DNA from: Raillietiella orientalis
Lineage: Eukaryota
DNA: 64,000 bases
Direction of reading: 5' to 3'
Assembly: GCA_036172245.1 (NCBI GenBank)
Contig: JAYWIR010000065.1
Span: 62,001-126,000, forward strand
A program made the position numbers and the translations under genes. Shown one piece after another: positions 14,050 to 24,868 of the stretch. The notes under the pieces are model-generated. The model saw only the letters and a program-made list of their open reading frames with translations, did not search any database and was not told the DNA's origin. Within the stretch, counting starts at the first letter, position 1. Each line of letters begins with the position of its first letter.

Positions 14050-15330
14050 AAGTCTGAAGGGGCAGTAAACAACTTGGCGAAGTGCTCTTTTATCGTCTCA
14101 GTTGTCAGCAGAGCATGGAACGGGTGGACCGTTTAGGACGAATCGAATCGCCCTATGTCTGTTTCCTTTGTACAGTTGCTGGATTGCGCTCTGGGATACC
14201 GAGGCAGGGTGGCATCTCGGAGAACGGCTTTAGGCGAAGCGTATGTTGGACAGCAGCGTACTCAGATGAAAGCGATCCTATCTCCAGCCCCCAGTTATCG
14301 ATGCTGGGCGGACGAGTTGATAAGGCCTCCATTGTTTGAGTAATGTCCTCAAGGAGGGCGCAAGATTCCACCCAATGTGGGTTACTATTGGATGGGGTGT
14401 TGGGACGTGAATTCGGGCGTGCGTGCAGCCTGGCACGAGTTGGGGCAGCAGATTCACTATCCTCATGCTCATTCAGTTCGAGGAGCGATGCAAATCCTGG
14501 ATCCTGGAGCTGTCGACGGAGCCGCTGCCCTTACTTGCTCCTGCTCCTTTTCCACGATCGAGGCGCGACTCTGGTACCTGACTAAGTGGCAAAGATCCGT
14601 TCGGCTCCCAATCGCAAGCGTGCAGTGAACACACAAGGTAAGCAAACACGGAACTGAAAAGCAGAAGAAACACAGTCCGTCTGAGAATGAAAGTGTTTCT
14701 CGAGCACCCCTGCAGAGCAGACAGATGTCAAAATCTGCGACAAGATGCGCCATGTGGTGCCCTGAGGCATTCAGTCAGTGACTGCCGAACAGATAAAGGA
14801 ACGACGAGCGCTCGCTGTGCATGTGGTTGCCGCTCCACACGTATGCGTTCGTAATGATGAGATCAATGGTGAGGACCGTCGTCCCACTCGTCAAAACGGA
14901 CGTCGCGCAGAGCTTCCTTCACTGATGGATTTCAAAAAAATAAATACATACGCAATCCTGAAAGCATTTTGCGAGTCGCGTTGCCAGAGCACCGTTATGC
15001 CTATGAGCTGTTTCAACTCCCGCACAGTCTTCAGAGAAATCACGTGGATTTTCTGCAGTAGGACCACCATTTCAAACCGTCGCAGCACGCGCACGATGGC
15101 TTTAGGCTTGGTGGCATCTGTTTCCGTCAGCCAATAGCACTTCAAGGAATCGAAGAATCCTCTTCTTACCCTGAGGCGGTTCGAACCACTCGGTGCTTGC
15201 ACCACAGACGTGACGACGATGCCGATTGAATCGGCCCACCTGAATGAGTCTTGCCAGACTCGCCCTTCTTCGTCGAAACGAAAGTTGAGCACCGCGCGCT
15301 GCGAGACTGGCTTTAGCAGGAAAGCGATGC
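14050..15330 (-). mobile_element. L1/Tx1 APE-endonuclease region (fragment H)
   Basis: VLRRFEMVVLLQKIHVIS (~LQETH) parallels the EN N-termini at about 20600 and 38000; GWNLAPSL (~WKLN) near 14370. Confidence 0.65.
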
Positions 15331-15391
15331 TGCAAGACCAGGCGGAGGAGCAACGCCACAGAGCCGACCACCCGCCAACACGCAGTCTCTG

Positions 15392-15651
15392 ATGAGCAAC
15401 CCGGGCGATGCCACCGCCTCCTTTCGCTCATCGAGGGTGCGTCTCCGGCCGAAAGGCGGAGACTTGCGCCACCTCAACAACTGGCACCCGATCACCTTGG
15501 TGGATTCGGACGTCAGGTTGTTCTCGAAGCTGTGGGTCGCGCGCCTAGGTGGGACCTCCGACTCCTTGGTAACTCCGGAGCAGACCTGTGCTCTTCCTGG
15601 GTGATTCATGGAGGCGAACCTCTTCTTCGAACGCGTCAAAGAAGCTTTGAT
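15392..15651 (+). mobile_element. L1/Tx1 RT N-terminal fragment, inverted relative to neighbours
   Basis: SFRSSRVRLRPKGGDLRHLNNWHPITLVDSDVRLFSKL..PEQTCALPG*FMEANLF, ending at a KAFD-like AAGCTTTGAT. Confidence 0.85.
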
Positions 15652-15871
15652 TTGCAGTAAGAATGTTCTTATTGATCAGGAGCGGTAGTAAAGCAACGGG
15701 GATGGATACGTGAGTTCATTTTGAAGTGGGATGGATTGGGTATTATTTCTTGTTGTTTGGTCATTTTTTATATAAGTGGTGGTTCTGATTATGGAGGTAT
15801 AATTACATTTTTCAGTAATCGTGTCGGAGATAGGGTTTTATCAATGGGTATTATATGATTATTAATGGGGG
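15651..15871 (+). pseudogene. ND5: NUMT: mitochondrial ND5, upstream piece
   Basis: Invertebrate mt code: FAVSMFLLISS..KWDGLGIISCCLVIFY..GMITFFSNRVGD..IMWLLMG, the canonical ND5 WDGLG/SNRxGD motifs. G/T-rich strand. Confidence 0.9.
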
Positions 15872-17186
15872 AGTTTTCATATAACCAATGCCCCGGATAT
15901 GCTGAGGCATTCATTATTAAAATTTTACAAATAAAATTTCATATTTAAGTCTATGATCTTTTTTTTCAGGCATAACACGTGGTTCTGCCTGTCTTGGGAC
16001 TCTTGCCATTGCCGACCCGCAGGCCGGTGAGGTCCTCACCGCTAGTGAAAGGGATGGGAAAACCACAAAGAAACAAAAAAAATAAATAAACAAGAAGACG
16101 AGGGGATGGCAATGTTTTCCGGGGAGGGGAGAGCATGAAAGGCATCACTGTTCGCCGCGAGTGGTCCTCTGCATCCGCGTTTGGATGCGCACAAGTGCAG
16201 GTCGTAAGTTCGTAGCCAGGGCCCTCGAGAAACTTTCTCCATGGAGATGCCCGCCCAGTGAGTGGCATTCCGGCCGTTGTGGCTTCGCACTGATGCAGAC
16301 CCTTTGTCCAGGATTCCGCGTATGCGGCAGAGAACTGCTGCACACGCGGCTGCTGGCAGGGCGTCCCGCATCAGGAGGCGACATCAGCAAAATGTCCTTT
16401 GGGTCGCCAGCTGGAATGTTCAGGATCGACGGCAGTCGATTCCACATGGGGAGGAGGGCGACACAGTCGAGTAGCAGGTGCGGGAAGGTTTCTCTTTCCC
16501 CGCAGCCTGCACAACGGACATCCACACTCCCCAGTGTCCAGTGGGAGAGGCGTGCTCTGCAAGGGAGTCCCCAATGGAGCACTAGCAGCGCCGTCTCTTT
16601 CCGCTCTAGGGAGAGGGTGCCGTTGTCCCAAGACGCTGGAGGCCACTTCACCTCATTTGGAGACATATCGATCAGCTCGCCCCAGCGCACAATTCCATTT
16701 GGCGAGACACTCGGGGTTGTAGCGTCCGCTAGTTCCCGGGACGTCCACGCCTTCATTGGTTTTTTCCTACCTCCAATGAGGCAGGACACTTCCCACGATT
16801 CCTCCTCTTGGCTGTTCCTGGCTTCTCTGAGGGAGGGCAGCACGAGGGCAAGGGGGGTGAATGAAGCCCACTAGAGTTTCCGTGGGTTGGAAACGATCTC
16901 CCGCAGGGGCTGTCGAGCGTTCCTGCCTCGACGGAGGCAGGAAAAGTCCACATCTCTGGAGCCGTTGATTTTTGCCCACGCAGAAACAGACTCCTGGAGC
17001 CAAGTTGTCCAGTTCGCAGGGAGGTAGGAGATTCTATATGCGTATTCTCTCTCACCAGGGCAACCAAGTCACGTAGCTGAAAACCACCATGGTTGAGGCT
17101 GTGGTCGTTAGTCACAAGGATTGAAGTCAACCCATTGGAGCCGGTCGCTCTACTGGCGAGTAGGCATGTAGGGACTCATCATGGCG
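15872..17186 (-). mobile_element. 5'-truncated L1/Tx1 (copy C) inserted in ND5
   Basis: Zn finger RCAGCGERETFPHLLLDCVALLPMW; 3'UTR homologous to copies E/F; terminal hairpin at 15887-15911; flanked by direct repeat TTAATGGGGG (15862-15871 and 17187-17196). Confidence 0.85.
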
Positions 17187-18195
17187 TTAATGGGGGTACT
17201 TGGATCTGTGAGAGATTATGAACTAATGATTGGTACTTTTGACTAGTAATATTGATAAGAATGACTAAGAATGCGCAGTTACCATTTAGTTCGTGGCTGC
17301 CAGAAGCTATAGCGGCACCTACGGCAGTTTCAGCTTTGGTTCATTCGTCAACATTGGTGACTGCGGGAGTGTATTTGATGATTCGTTTTAATGAAATTGG
17401 GATGATGGATAATGCAATGGTTTATGTTGGACTTGTGACAATGGTGTATTGGGGAATGATAGGAAGAATAAAAGTTGATGTAAGATAATTTATTGAGTAT
17501 TCAATGCTGAGGCAATTGGGTATAATGTTTATGAGGTTAGGGTTGGGTATAGGGGTGTTGGTATATTATCATTTATTACTTCATGATGTATTTAAATCAA
17601 TAATGTTCTTGTGTGCAGGGTTAGTTATCCATGGGTATGATGGGAGACAAGATTTGAGCAGTATGGGAAGCGTGAGAATGGTTAATGTGCTTTTGGGAGT
17701 AATTTATAATGGAGGAGTGATGGGGTTAGTGGGATTTCCTTTTTTGAGAGGTTATTATAGAAAGTATTATTTCGTAGAGTGAATGTAATAATGGGTATCG
17801 GATATTGGATAGATCATTAGATGTTAGTGATAGTGTGGCGGGGGATGTTGCGTTAAGTGATAGATATTGTGTTATTAATGATTTTAGGTTTTATGGTAGT
17901 AATGGGAGGTAGCGTGGTTGTAGAAGTTGAAAGATTGTATTGTCCATTATGGAGAAATCTGTAACGGCTGCAAGTGTGATGATGATGGCTATGGGTTTGA
18001 AGTTAATGAGGAGGTTGATAGTAAGAAATCGATTGATGCGTGTTGGTATAATGGGAGAGATTGATAAAGGATGAATAGATGTGATTAGGAAAGGGGGTAT
18101 TGTTTATAATGTGGTATAATAGAAATATTTTATAGTATATATTGTGATTTGTGATTTGAAGTGGGTAATTTCTTTGTAAATGAGTTTGTTGTAGT
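17187..18195 (+). pseudogene. ND5: NUMT: mitochondrial ND5, downstream piece
   Basis: [66 protein letters not shown]; DKGW near 18063. Stops and deletions present. Confidence 0.95.
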
Positions 18196-18295
18196 TGAAT
18201 TTGAATGCCTCAGAATCCGGAGGGAATAAAATTTTTAATTTTATGTGGAGCAAAATCTCTGGGAGGAAGATAATAGGGCATTTATTGAGTAATGT

Positions 18296-18350
18296 GTAAG
18301 ACGAATTCAGGGTTAGGCCGAAACTAAGTGTGTAATCACTTTTGTCTAAA
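18296..18350 (-). tRNA. trnR: NUMT: mitochondrial tRNA-Arg(UCG) relic
   Basis: Minus strand TTAG-TTTCGGC-CTAA anticodon arm, AGAC/GTCT acceptor remnant, immediately 3' of ND3. Confidence 0.5.
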
Positions 18351-18355
18351 AACAT

Positions 18356-18587
18356 TCATGAGATGGAGTCGGTGTGTAATTCGTATTGTAGTCTTAGGAT
18401 TAGGAAAAGAATTAATGACATAATGAAATAGTTATGGAAAATGTATGACAGTGGAAAAAGAGATAGGAGAAGAATGATGGCTAGTTTAATAACAAAGATT
18501 AAGATGAGCATTGTAATCAAGGAGCATTGAATAGAAAATGGGAAGCATGCGTTAGTTTTGGGGTCGAATCCACATTCGAACGGAGAT
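18356..18587 (-). pseudogene. ND3: NUMT: mitochondrial ND3, 3' two-thirds
   Basis: SPFECGFDP..FPFS..LIF..(LYHEW-like LQYEL), ending at 18356; 5' part replaced by L1 RT. Confidence 0.9.
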
Positions 18588-21500
18588 TCCAAGTCCCTGC
18601 CCGTGGGAATCCCCAGGCGCATCCAGTATGGCTGCCCCCCCAACGACGCTCCAATTGGCACGACCGTGGACCTTGTCCTGTTGACGCGCAGGTTTGCTCC
18701 CCGGCGTATCGGCCCACAGAATTCCTCGAGCTGCTTCACCAGGATGGACCTGGGCAACAGGTTAAGCAGATCGTCAGCGCAGGCCACCACGCCTGGCGTG
18801 CACGGACAGGACGTCGCCAGGTTGACCACTGTTGTCCTGTACCCACTCAGCACCAACTCGAAGTGGGTGGTGAACAAGATGGGCCTCCGGCTGTCACCTT
18901 GCCTAATTCCTCGGAGCATCAGCACGCCGTAAACGTGGCGACTGAGAAACCCAATGTGTATTATCGCGTTGCGCCATAGCGACCGCAAGTACTCCAAAAA
19001 GCAGAAAGGAAGTCCGAGGCGCTCCAGAAGTTCCAGAAGGTGCTTCTGGTTCACGCAGTCGAATGCTTTCTACAAGTTGACCGCGATCGCGAGAACACTT
19101 GGTTCCTCCGCATTTCTGCCAGTACTGTTTCCGGAGCCCTTCCGTGAGATCTTATCCCTACGGATCTCCGCCACAACCCGCTGTTGCAACCATATCCAAG
19201 TTCGCACGAGGAACAGGTTTAACTCCATACTTCTGCCTGAGACAGCATAGGTCTGCTCCGGACGTAGGAAGGAGTCGGCCAATTGTCCCAGAAGTGCTTC
19301 ACACAGCCTGGAGAGCAGATTGAAGTTCCCATTTAACCTAGTAATCGGACGCCAATTGCTCACATTGCGCAAGTCTCCTCCCTTTTGCAGGAGACGTACT
19401 CTGACTGACCGAAAGGAAGCTGGCACCTCACCTCTCTCTCGGATCAGTACGTCCAGCTTCAGTACCAAGGGAGCAAGCTCTGCTGCGAAGGTCCGGCAGC
19501 ACTTCGCGGGTAGGCCATCATCCCATTTTCTGAGTGCTCCCATGGCACCGCTGACTTCCGTCATAGTAAACGGCTATTTCAGGCCCTCTCGTTCCTCCTC
19601 CTTTATCACGGTGATGCATCCCTCCAGCAGACGCTGAGAGAAGGCACTTTCCACCGGTGCCCTTGCGTAATGGGAGGAGTAAACGTCGCGCAATAAGCGG
19701 CGGACATCCGAAGGTGCCGAGCTCTCTTGGCCTTGGTCTTCCAGCAGGCAAGACGCTACGAACTACCAAACCTGGCGCTTGACTCCAGTCTTACATTCGG
19801 CCAGCGTTCCGACGTAAAGGTGTCTGCAGAGAGTGTGCGCACGGAGAAAAACTCTGCTATTCTACACTCCTTCCTCGAATTCAGATAGGAGGAGAGCACG
19901 TCGGAACTGTTCGCAGAACTCTCCGATCCACACCTTGAACACGTCCCAATCCTCGAGTGTGAAGATGCCGAATCCACGCGAGAAGCCAGGGACAATTTCC
20001 ACAGCTTCCGAATGTCAAAGCCAATCCCCCGGGAATCCTCCACACTTTGATGGGCGGACCCTTTTCTGGAGTCCGCAGCTCGAATTCGAGCCTGGGATGG
20101 TCCGAGAGAACCGAAGTCACTCTTCCACGACTGTCCACTCGACAACACAAGTGCTCTTCAAGAAAGGCGTGGTCGATGGCCTCGTGCATCCCAGTTTCGC
20201 CGGCCAACAAGTTGCATGCATTCGTTGACCTGCACGCGATTCATCTGCGCCCACTTATCATCTGACAGTAGGCGGACGTTAAAGGGACCCGCTATGAGGG
20301 GAGTAACGCTGGTGCTTGCGGAGTTTAGCCATCGGCTACCAAGTTCGCAGAACAACTGCGTCCTGGCGCTGTGGTGCAGCCTCCTGCTGGCCGTGTAGAT
20401 GTTCGTAACGACGAGTTGGGCTACTTGAAAAGAAGCCTCCCCACTCGAACTTCCTCGTCGAAACGCGTCTCGAGCACGGCACTCTGCACGGACAGCCTCG
20501 AAACAAAGCTCACTCCGCACCAGTGCTCTGTGCCATTCCACCAATGTAGCTCACTCTGCACTTCCCGCGATATCCTTGATGTCCTTCTGGGAGATCTGGT
20601 GCATCCCCTGGAGCAGAGGGAGATCGAAAAAGCGCAGGATTTCCGCTACCGAGCGTGTCTTCTCGTCGTCGTGCAGCCCGTTGGCATTCCAACAGGTAAA
20701 TCGCAGACGAAGAGAGGAAGCATGATAGAGCGTCATGGAAGAGAACATGATGGATAGACCCTCCTCCTCCCTCGGTGGGAGGGGCATGCATACAGGGAAT
20801 GCAGGCAAGTCGTCCATGAACTCGTGCGTGTGCCCCCTTGGATGGCACTCTTCTGCAACCCTCCTTTGAGATGTCGCGAGAGGCCACTTCCATACCCTCT
20901 TCCTGCTCCATTTTGTCCACCTCCTCACGCCTGCCTACCCCCCTTGGACTTACGCGTTCGCACGATGGATGGGGCATCACCTGCGGCAGCAGAGGAATCC
21001 AACTGCTTCTCGGAGTCAGCACCTTGCAGCTCGCAGGTTCCACTCTGTTGCCGTGAGAAACGCCTCCTTGCAGTCGCGTGCTCAGTTGCGCTTACTTCTG
21101 TAAAATTCCAGGACGCAACTGCAGGGACAGCATCGCCACAGCGTTCGAGGACGACCGCGCTTTTCCGCAAAAGCCGTGCAGAACGACGCGCCACCTGTTC
21201 TTCGCTTGAGCGGGACGTGTTTGGCGCGTTTTTGGCGTACGCAGTACGTTCCTCCATGCACACTTGAAGGTGCTCGCGTCCACGCACGCTCTTCGCCTTC
21301 CTTCTCATTGCTGTCCAAACAACGTCTTCTACAGAATTCTTTCCAGGGGTATCCCTTTCCTCCCAAGCGGCACCTTTTTCCGCGGAGGTCGCGTCGCGAG
21401 TCGGGGGCTGTCTCTGATTTGGTCAATTAGCCTCTGCTGCGTTTGCAGGGCATACCCGCCTAACGTGCCCAAGTTGCTTGCAGCCACGGCACTCAATCTT

Positions 21501-21950
21501 CGGACATCTCCTCTCGAGGTGTCCCGCTTCTCTGCACTCGCCGCAAACTTTCGAGTTCCCCACAAACCAGAGTTCGACGTTTCTTCCTCCCATCTCCACT
21601 TTACGGGGAAGTTTTTCCCTCCCAGCGGAAACGCGCACCGCACCAAGTCCACTGAACACACATTTGAAACTCTTCAAAAGTTTTCCTTTCAGCCACAGGG
21701 AGTGCATGGTGGTGTGATCCGCCAGCGCCGCAGTCTCCTCGTTGTCGGGCGCGCCCGACAAGTGAAGAGCGAAAGACTGATCCTCCCTTGGTTTCTCGAT
21801 GCTGAATGACGTTCGAAAAAGTTGCCGGGTGAACTCTGTTCTTTTGCAGACCAATTCCCAGCCTTCGTTTTTGCAAGCAGTATGAGGGACTCTAAGTCTC
21901 CCTCGCGTACCCCGACCCTCGTTGGTCTTCGGTCGAGCTGGAGAATCGCT
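18588..21950 (-). mobile_element. L1/Tx1 element (copy G): ORF1 + EN + RT, 3'-truncated at ND3
   Basis: ORF1 with two CCHC knuckles CGECREAGHLERRC/CRGCKQLGHVRRVC; EN TCWNANGL..LLQGMH; RT QKGGDLRNVSNWRPITRLN, GIRQGDS, ACADDLL. Frameshifted. Confidence 0.92.
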
Positions 21951-21959
21951 CTCCTTTAG

Positions 21960-23620
21960 GTGGCTTACCTTATATCTGATTGCTTAGTTATAGCCTAAGG
22001 CAATATATGTCCGCATTTCCCCATCCTCCGGAGGTCCCGCGTTGGCCGCCGCTGCCGCGGCTACATCGCTTCCCAAGAGTGGAATGGCGTGGAGAAGACT
22101 TTCCCGTTCTTCTTATCGAAACCTTCCTCAGAAAGGCATCAGGAAGTGTTGCCAAGCCAACTTTGTTGCGTACACCTCCCTCCAACCTTCCCTTAGAGGA
22201 TGTGATGCAAGACCAGAGCAAGAGGAATAGCCTGGCCGCTACGCTCCTTGCAGCAACGCTGTCCAACCTAAGGGCAAGCCACGACAGTAGCCTGCTGGCG
22301 GTATGGTAGCTCTTCTACACGCTTGCTGGAGAAACAAGACTCTTAAGCAGCTAGGAGAGGAGCGAGCTGGCAAACGTTGCCACTTCCAATTGTGCGAAAG
22401 GACTCCTTCAGAGGAACGAGGTGTTCCGTGTGTCCCCCGAAGAACTTGTAGTCCCTCCCTCGTGCGTGTACACTTCGGAGTTCCCCCTACCATCGAAACA
22501 GGACGTGCTTCTGCTGGTCCAATGCTGTTTCCATTGCAGCCAGCGCACGAACCAAGGGAGGAGGTAGTTGCATCCTCGTACAGTGGGAGGCGCGGAGCAG
22601 GGGAATCGATCCCGCACCTGCTCTTCGACGGTGGTGCCCTCCAAGGACTGTAGAGGAGGCTGTCTTCAGAGCTCCTGCATCCGGAGGAGACTTCAATGGA
22701 CGTGATGCACCGCTTCACGCGCGGCAGCCTCCAGCTAGTTGCGGTCCTCGCAACTAGCTGGAGGCTGCCAGTTCTGTTACATCCGCGTCATCGTCACGTC
22801 CCGCCGCCAGTTCGATTCGCGGGCGGTTCCGAGAGAGGTCACCCAGATTGCTGCTGGTGCCAACATGAGAGCAGCTGCCAGGTGGATTCATCTCAAAGAA
22901 GTGAGGACGCAACTCACCAGAATCCAACGACCGTTATGAAAGGATCAACGGTCGAAGCCAAAAATCCCCGTCCTCTACACTCAACTCATATACCTTTTTT
23001 TTGTATTTTTCAAAATCCCGTCTATCCCGTTCTGGATTTTCGGTTTTCGACACGCAAGTCGGGCATACCGAAATGGCCTGCAGTGTCTTCTCCGATTCAG
23101 TTCTTCGGAGAATACAGAGCGAATGGCTCAATGTCTCCGTCTTTAGGGTGGCACACCTCGTCACCGGGGAACTTGAAGTTCCACCTGCTTAAGAACGAGA
23201 GTAGCTACCAGGGAGAAAAAGCGCTGCACATCGAGATGTGGGGGTCGGTGCGTGCACTCATCTTGCTGGCCAGAGCACCTGGGATGGACAGTTGGACACG
23301 CCGGTTGGCGCCTTTCTTGATGATGAACTGAATTCCCGTGCAGGGAAGAGAGGAAGAGTACTGTTCGCGCTTTCCAACTATCTTTGGTTGTAGTTTGTGC
23401 TTCTCCCGCTCGGCAACGAACGTTTGGAGGATGCCGGACGACCGTCGTGGCCATCCGCAGCCAACGTCAAAGCGCCTTCGCCAGTGCCACCGCGACTTTG
23501 AAATTCGGGAACTCGCGAAATAAAACGATCTGAAAAGATCAGTCCGAGAATTTTGCGAAAAGTTGCCACCGGCTCTCCTCCCGTCCGGAATCGGGAAAAG
23601 TCAGTAAAATAGAAGTGTTT
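21960..23620 (-). mobile_element. L1/Tx1 ORF2 3' half of a different family (copy D)
   Basis: FRKILGLIFS (~KYLG) followed by decayed post-RT sequence; GC-rich like neighbouring L1s; motifs weak. Confidence 0.55.
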
Positions 23621-24868
23621 TTTTGCAAGCGAGCACCCCACGGAGACACCATGACGTCCGAAGGCTGGTCGAATTCAAGGCCAGAGCCGAGCGACAGTCT
23701 GCAGCGGCGTGCCTGCTAAACGACCGAGGCCAGGATTGCTCGGTACCGTCCTATGTCCACCGATTAGTGCGCGATTTCTACTCTTTTCTCAATGCAAGGG
23801 CACAGGTGGGAAATGCCTTTTTTTCGAGACTGTTCGAGGAGTGCACTCCTGAGATAGCGGAGGAGGAACGAGCGCGCTAAAAAGAGCCGATCTCGATGAC
23901 GGAGGTCATCGTCTCCAGTGGGGCGCTCGTAAGGAGAAAAGTTCCAGAGGACGACGGTCTACCCACGTTATTCTATCGAAACTTTGCAGAAGAGACCTTG
24001 CCTTCCTAGCCTCCTTGGTACTGATGCTGACCGTGCTGCTCCTGGACGGAGGCGATGTGGTAGCCTCTTTTCGGTCAGACAGAGACTGTCTTCCGCCAAT
24101 AAAAGCAGATTCCCAGAACCTGGGCAATTGGTGTCCGATTACTCTGGTAAAGTGCTCTCCAGGATATGGACACCGCGGCTGGGAGGATGGCGACCTCCTT
24201 CATCAACTCGAGCTGAGCCATGCTGTTACGGGCAAAAGTAGGGAGTCGATCTTGTTCCCCGCGCGAACCTGGATCAGGTTGCAACAGCGAGTTGCAGCGG
24301 ACACCCTTAGCAATAAGCTCTCCCGGAAGGGCTCGGGGAACCGTACTCGCCGAAAGGCAGAGGGACTGGGCTCTCTCGATCGCGGTACACTTGCGCAAAG
24401 CGTCCGACCGCGTGAACGAGGAGGTCCTTCTGAAACTCCCGGAGCGCCTTAGACTTCCATACTGCTTCCTGCAGTGCCAGCGCTCGCTATGGCGCGACGG
24501 TCCAATAAATAGTGCTTTCAGCGGTCGCCACTTTTACGGTCTGTCAGAGCACCGAGGAATTAGGCAAGGTGACAGCCCTAGCACCACCTTGTTCAGCGCC
24601 TACTTCGAATGGTGCTGAGCGGGTACAGGACAACGCTTGCCAACCTGCCGACGTCCTGCCCGTGTTCTCGGACCGCGGTGATCTGCGCTGACGATCTGCT
24701 TCACTTTCTTGACGAAGCTCGAGAGATTTTTTGAGCTCATATGCCGGGGTGCGGGCAAGGGACGAAGTCAAAGGTCGTACCGGTTGGAGCGTTGTTGGAG
24801 GGGCAGCCGGACTGCATCCGCCTGGGGATCCTCACTGGTTAGCCACGGTACTTCAAGTACCTTGGCTA
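23620..24868 (+). mobile_element. L1/Tx1 RT fragment (plus strand)
   Basis: EDDGLP, NLGNWCPITL, GIRQGDSPSTTLFSAYFE, ICADDLL, GQPDCIRLGI..YFKYLG; same family as copy G. Confidence 0.9.

Noticed and set aside
18140..18205. tRNA-Val-like TCATTTACAAAGAA on the minus strand
   Set aside because: It overlaps the expected ND5 C-terminus and the L1-tip-like motif, and forms no coherent cloverleaf.
21960..24868. Twin-priming 5' inversion; both halves break near KYLG
   Set aside because: The overlapping KYLG regions differ (FRKILGLIFS vs YFKYLG), so the halves appear to come from different families.
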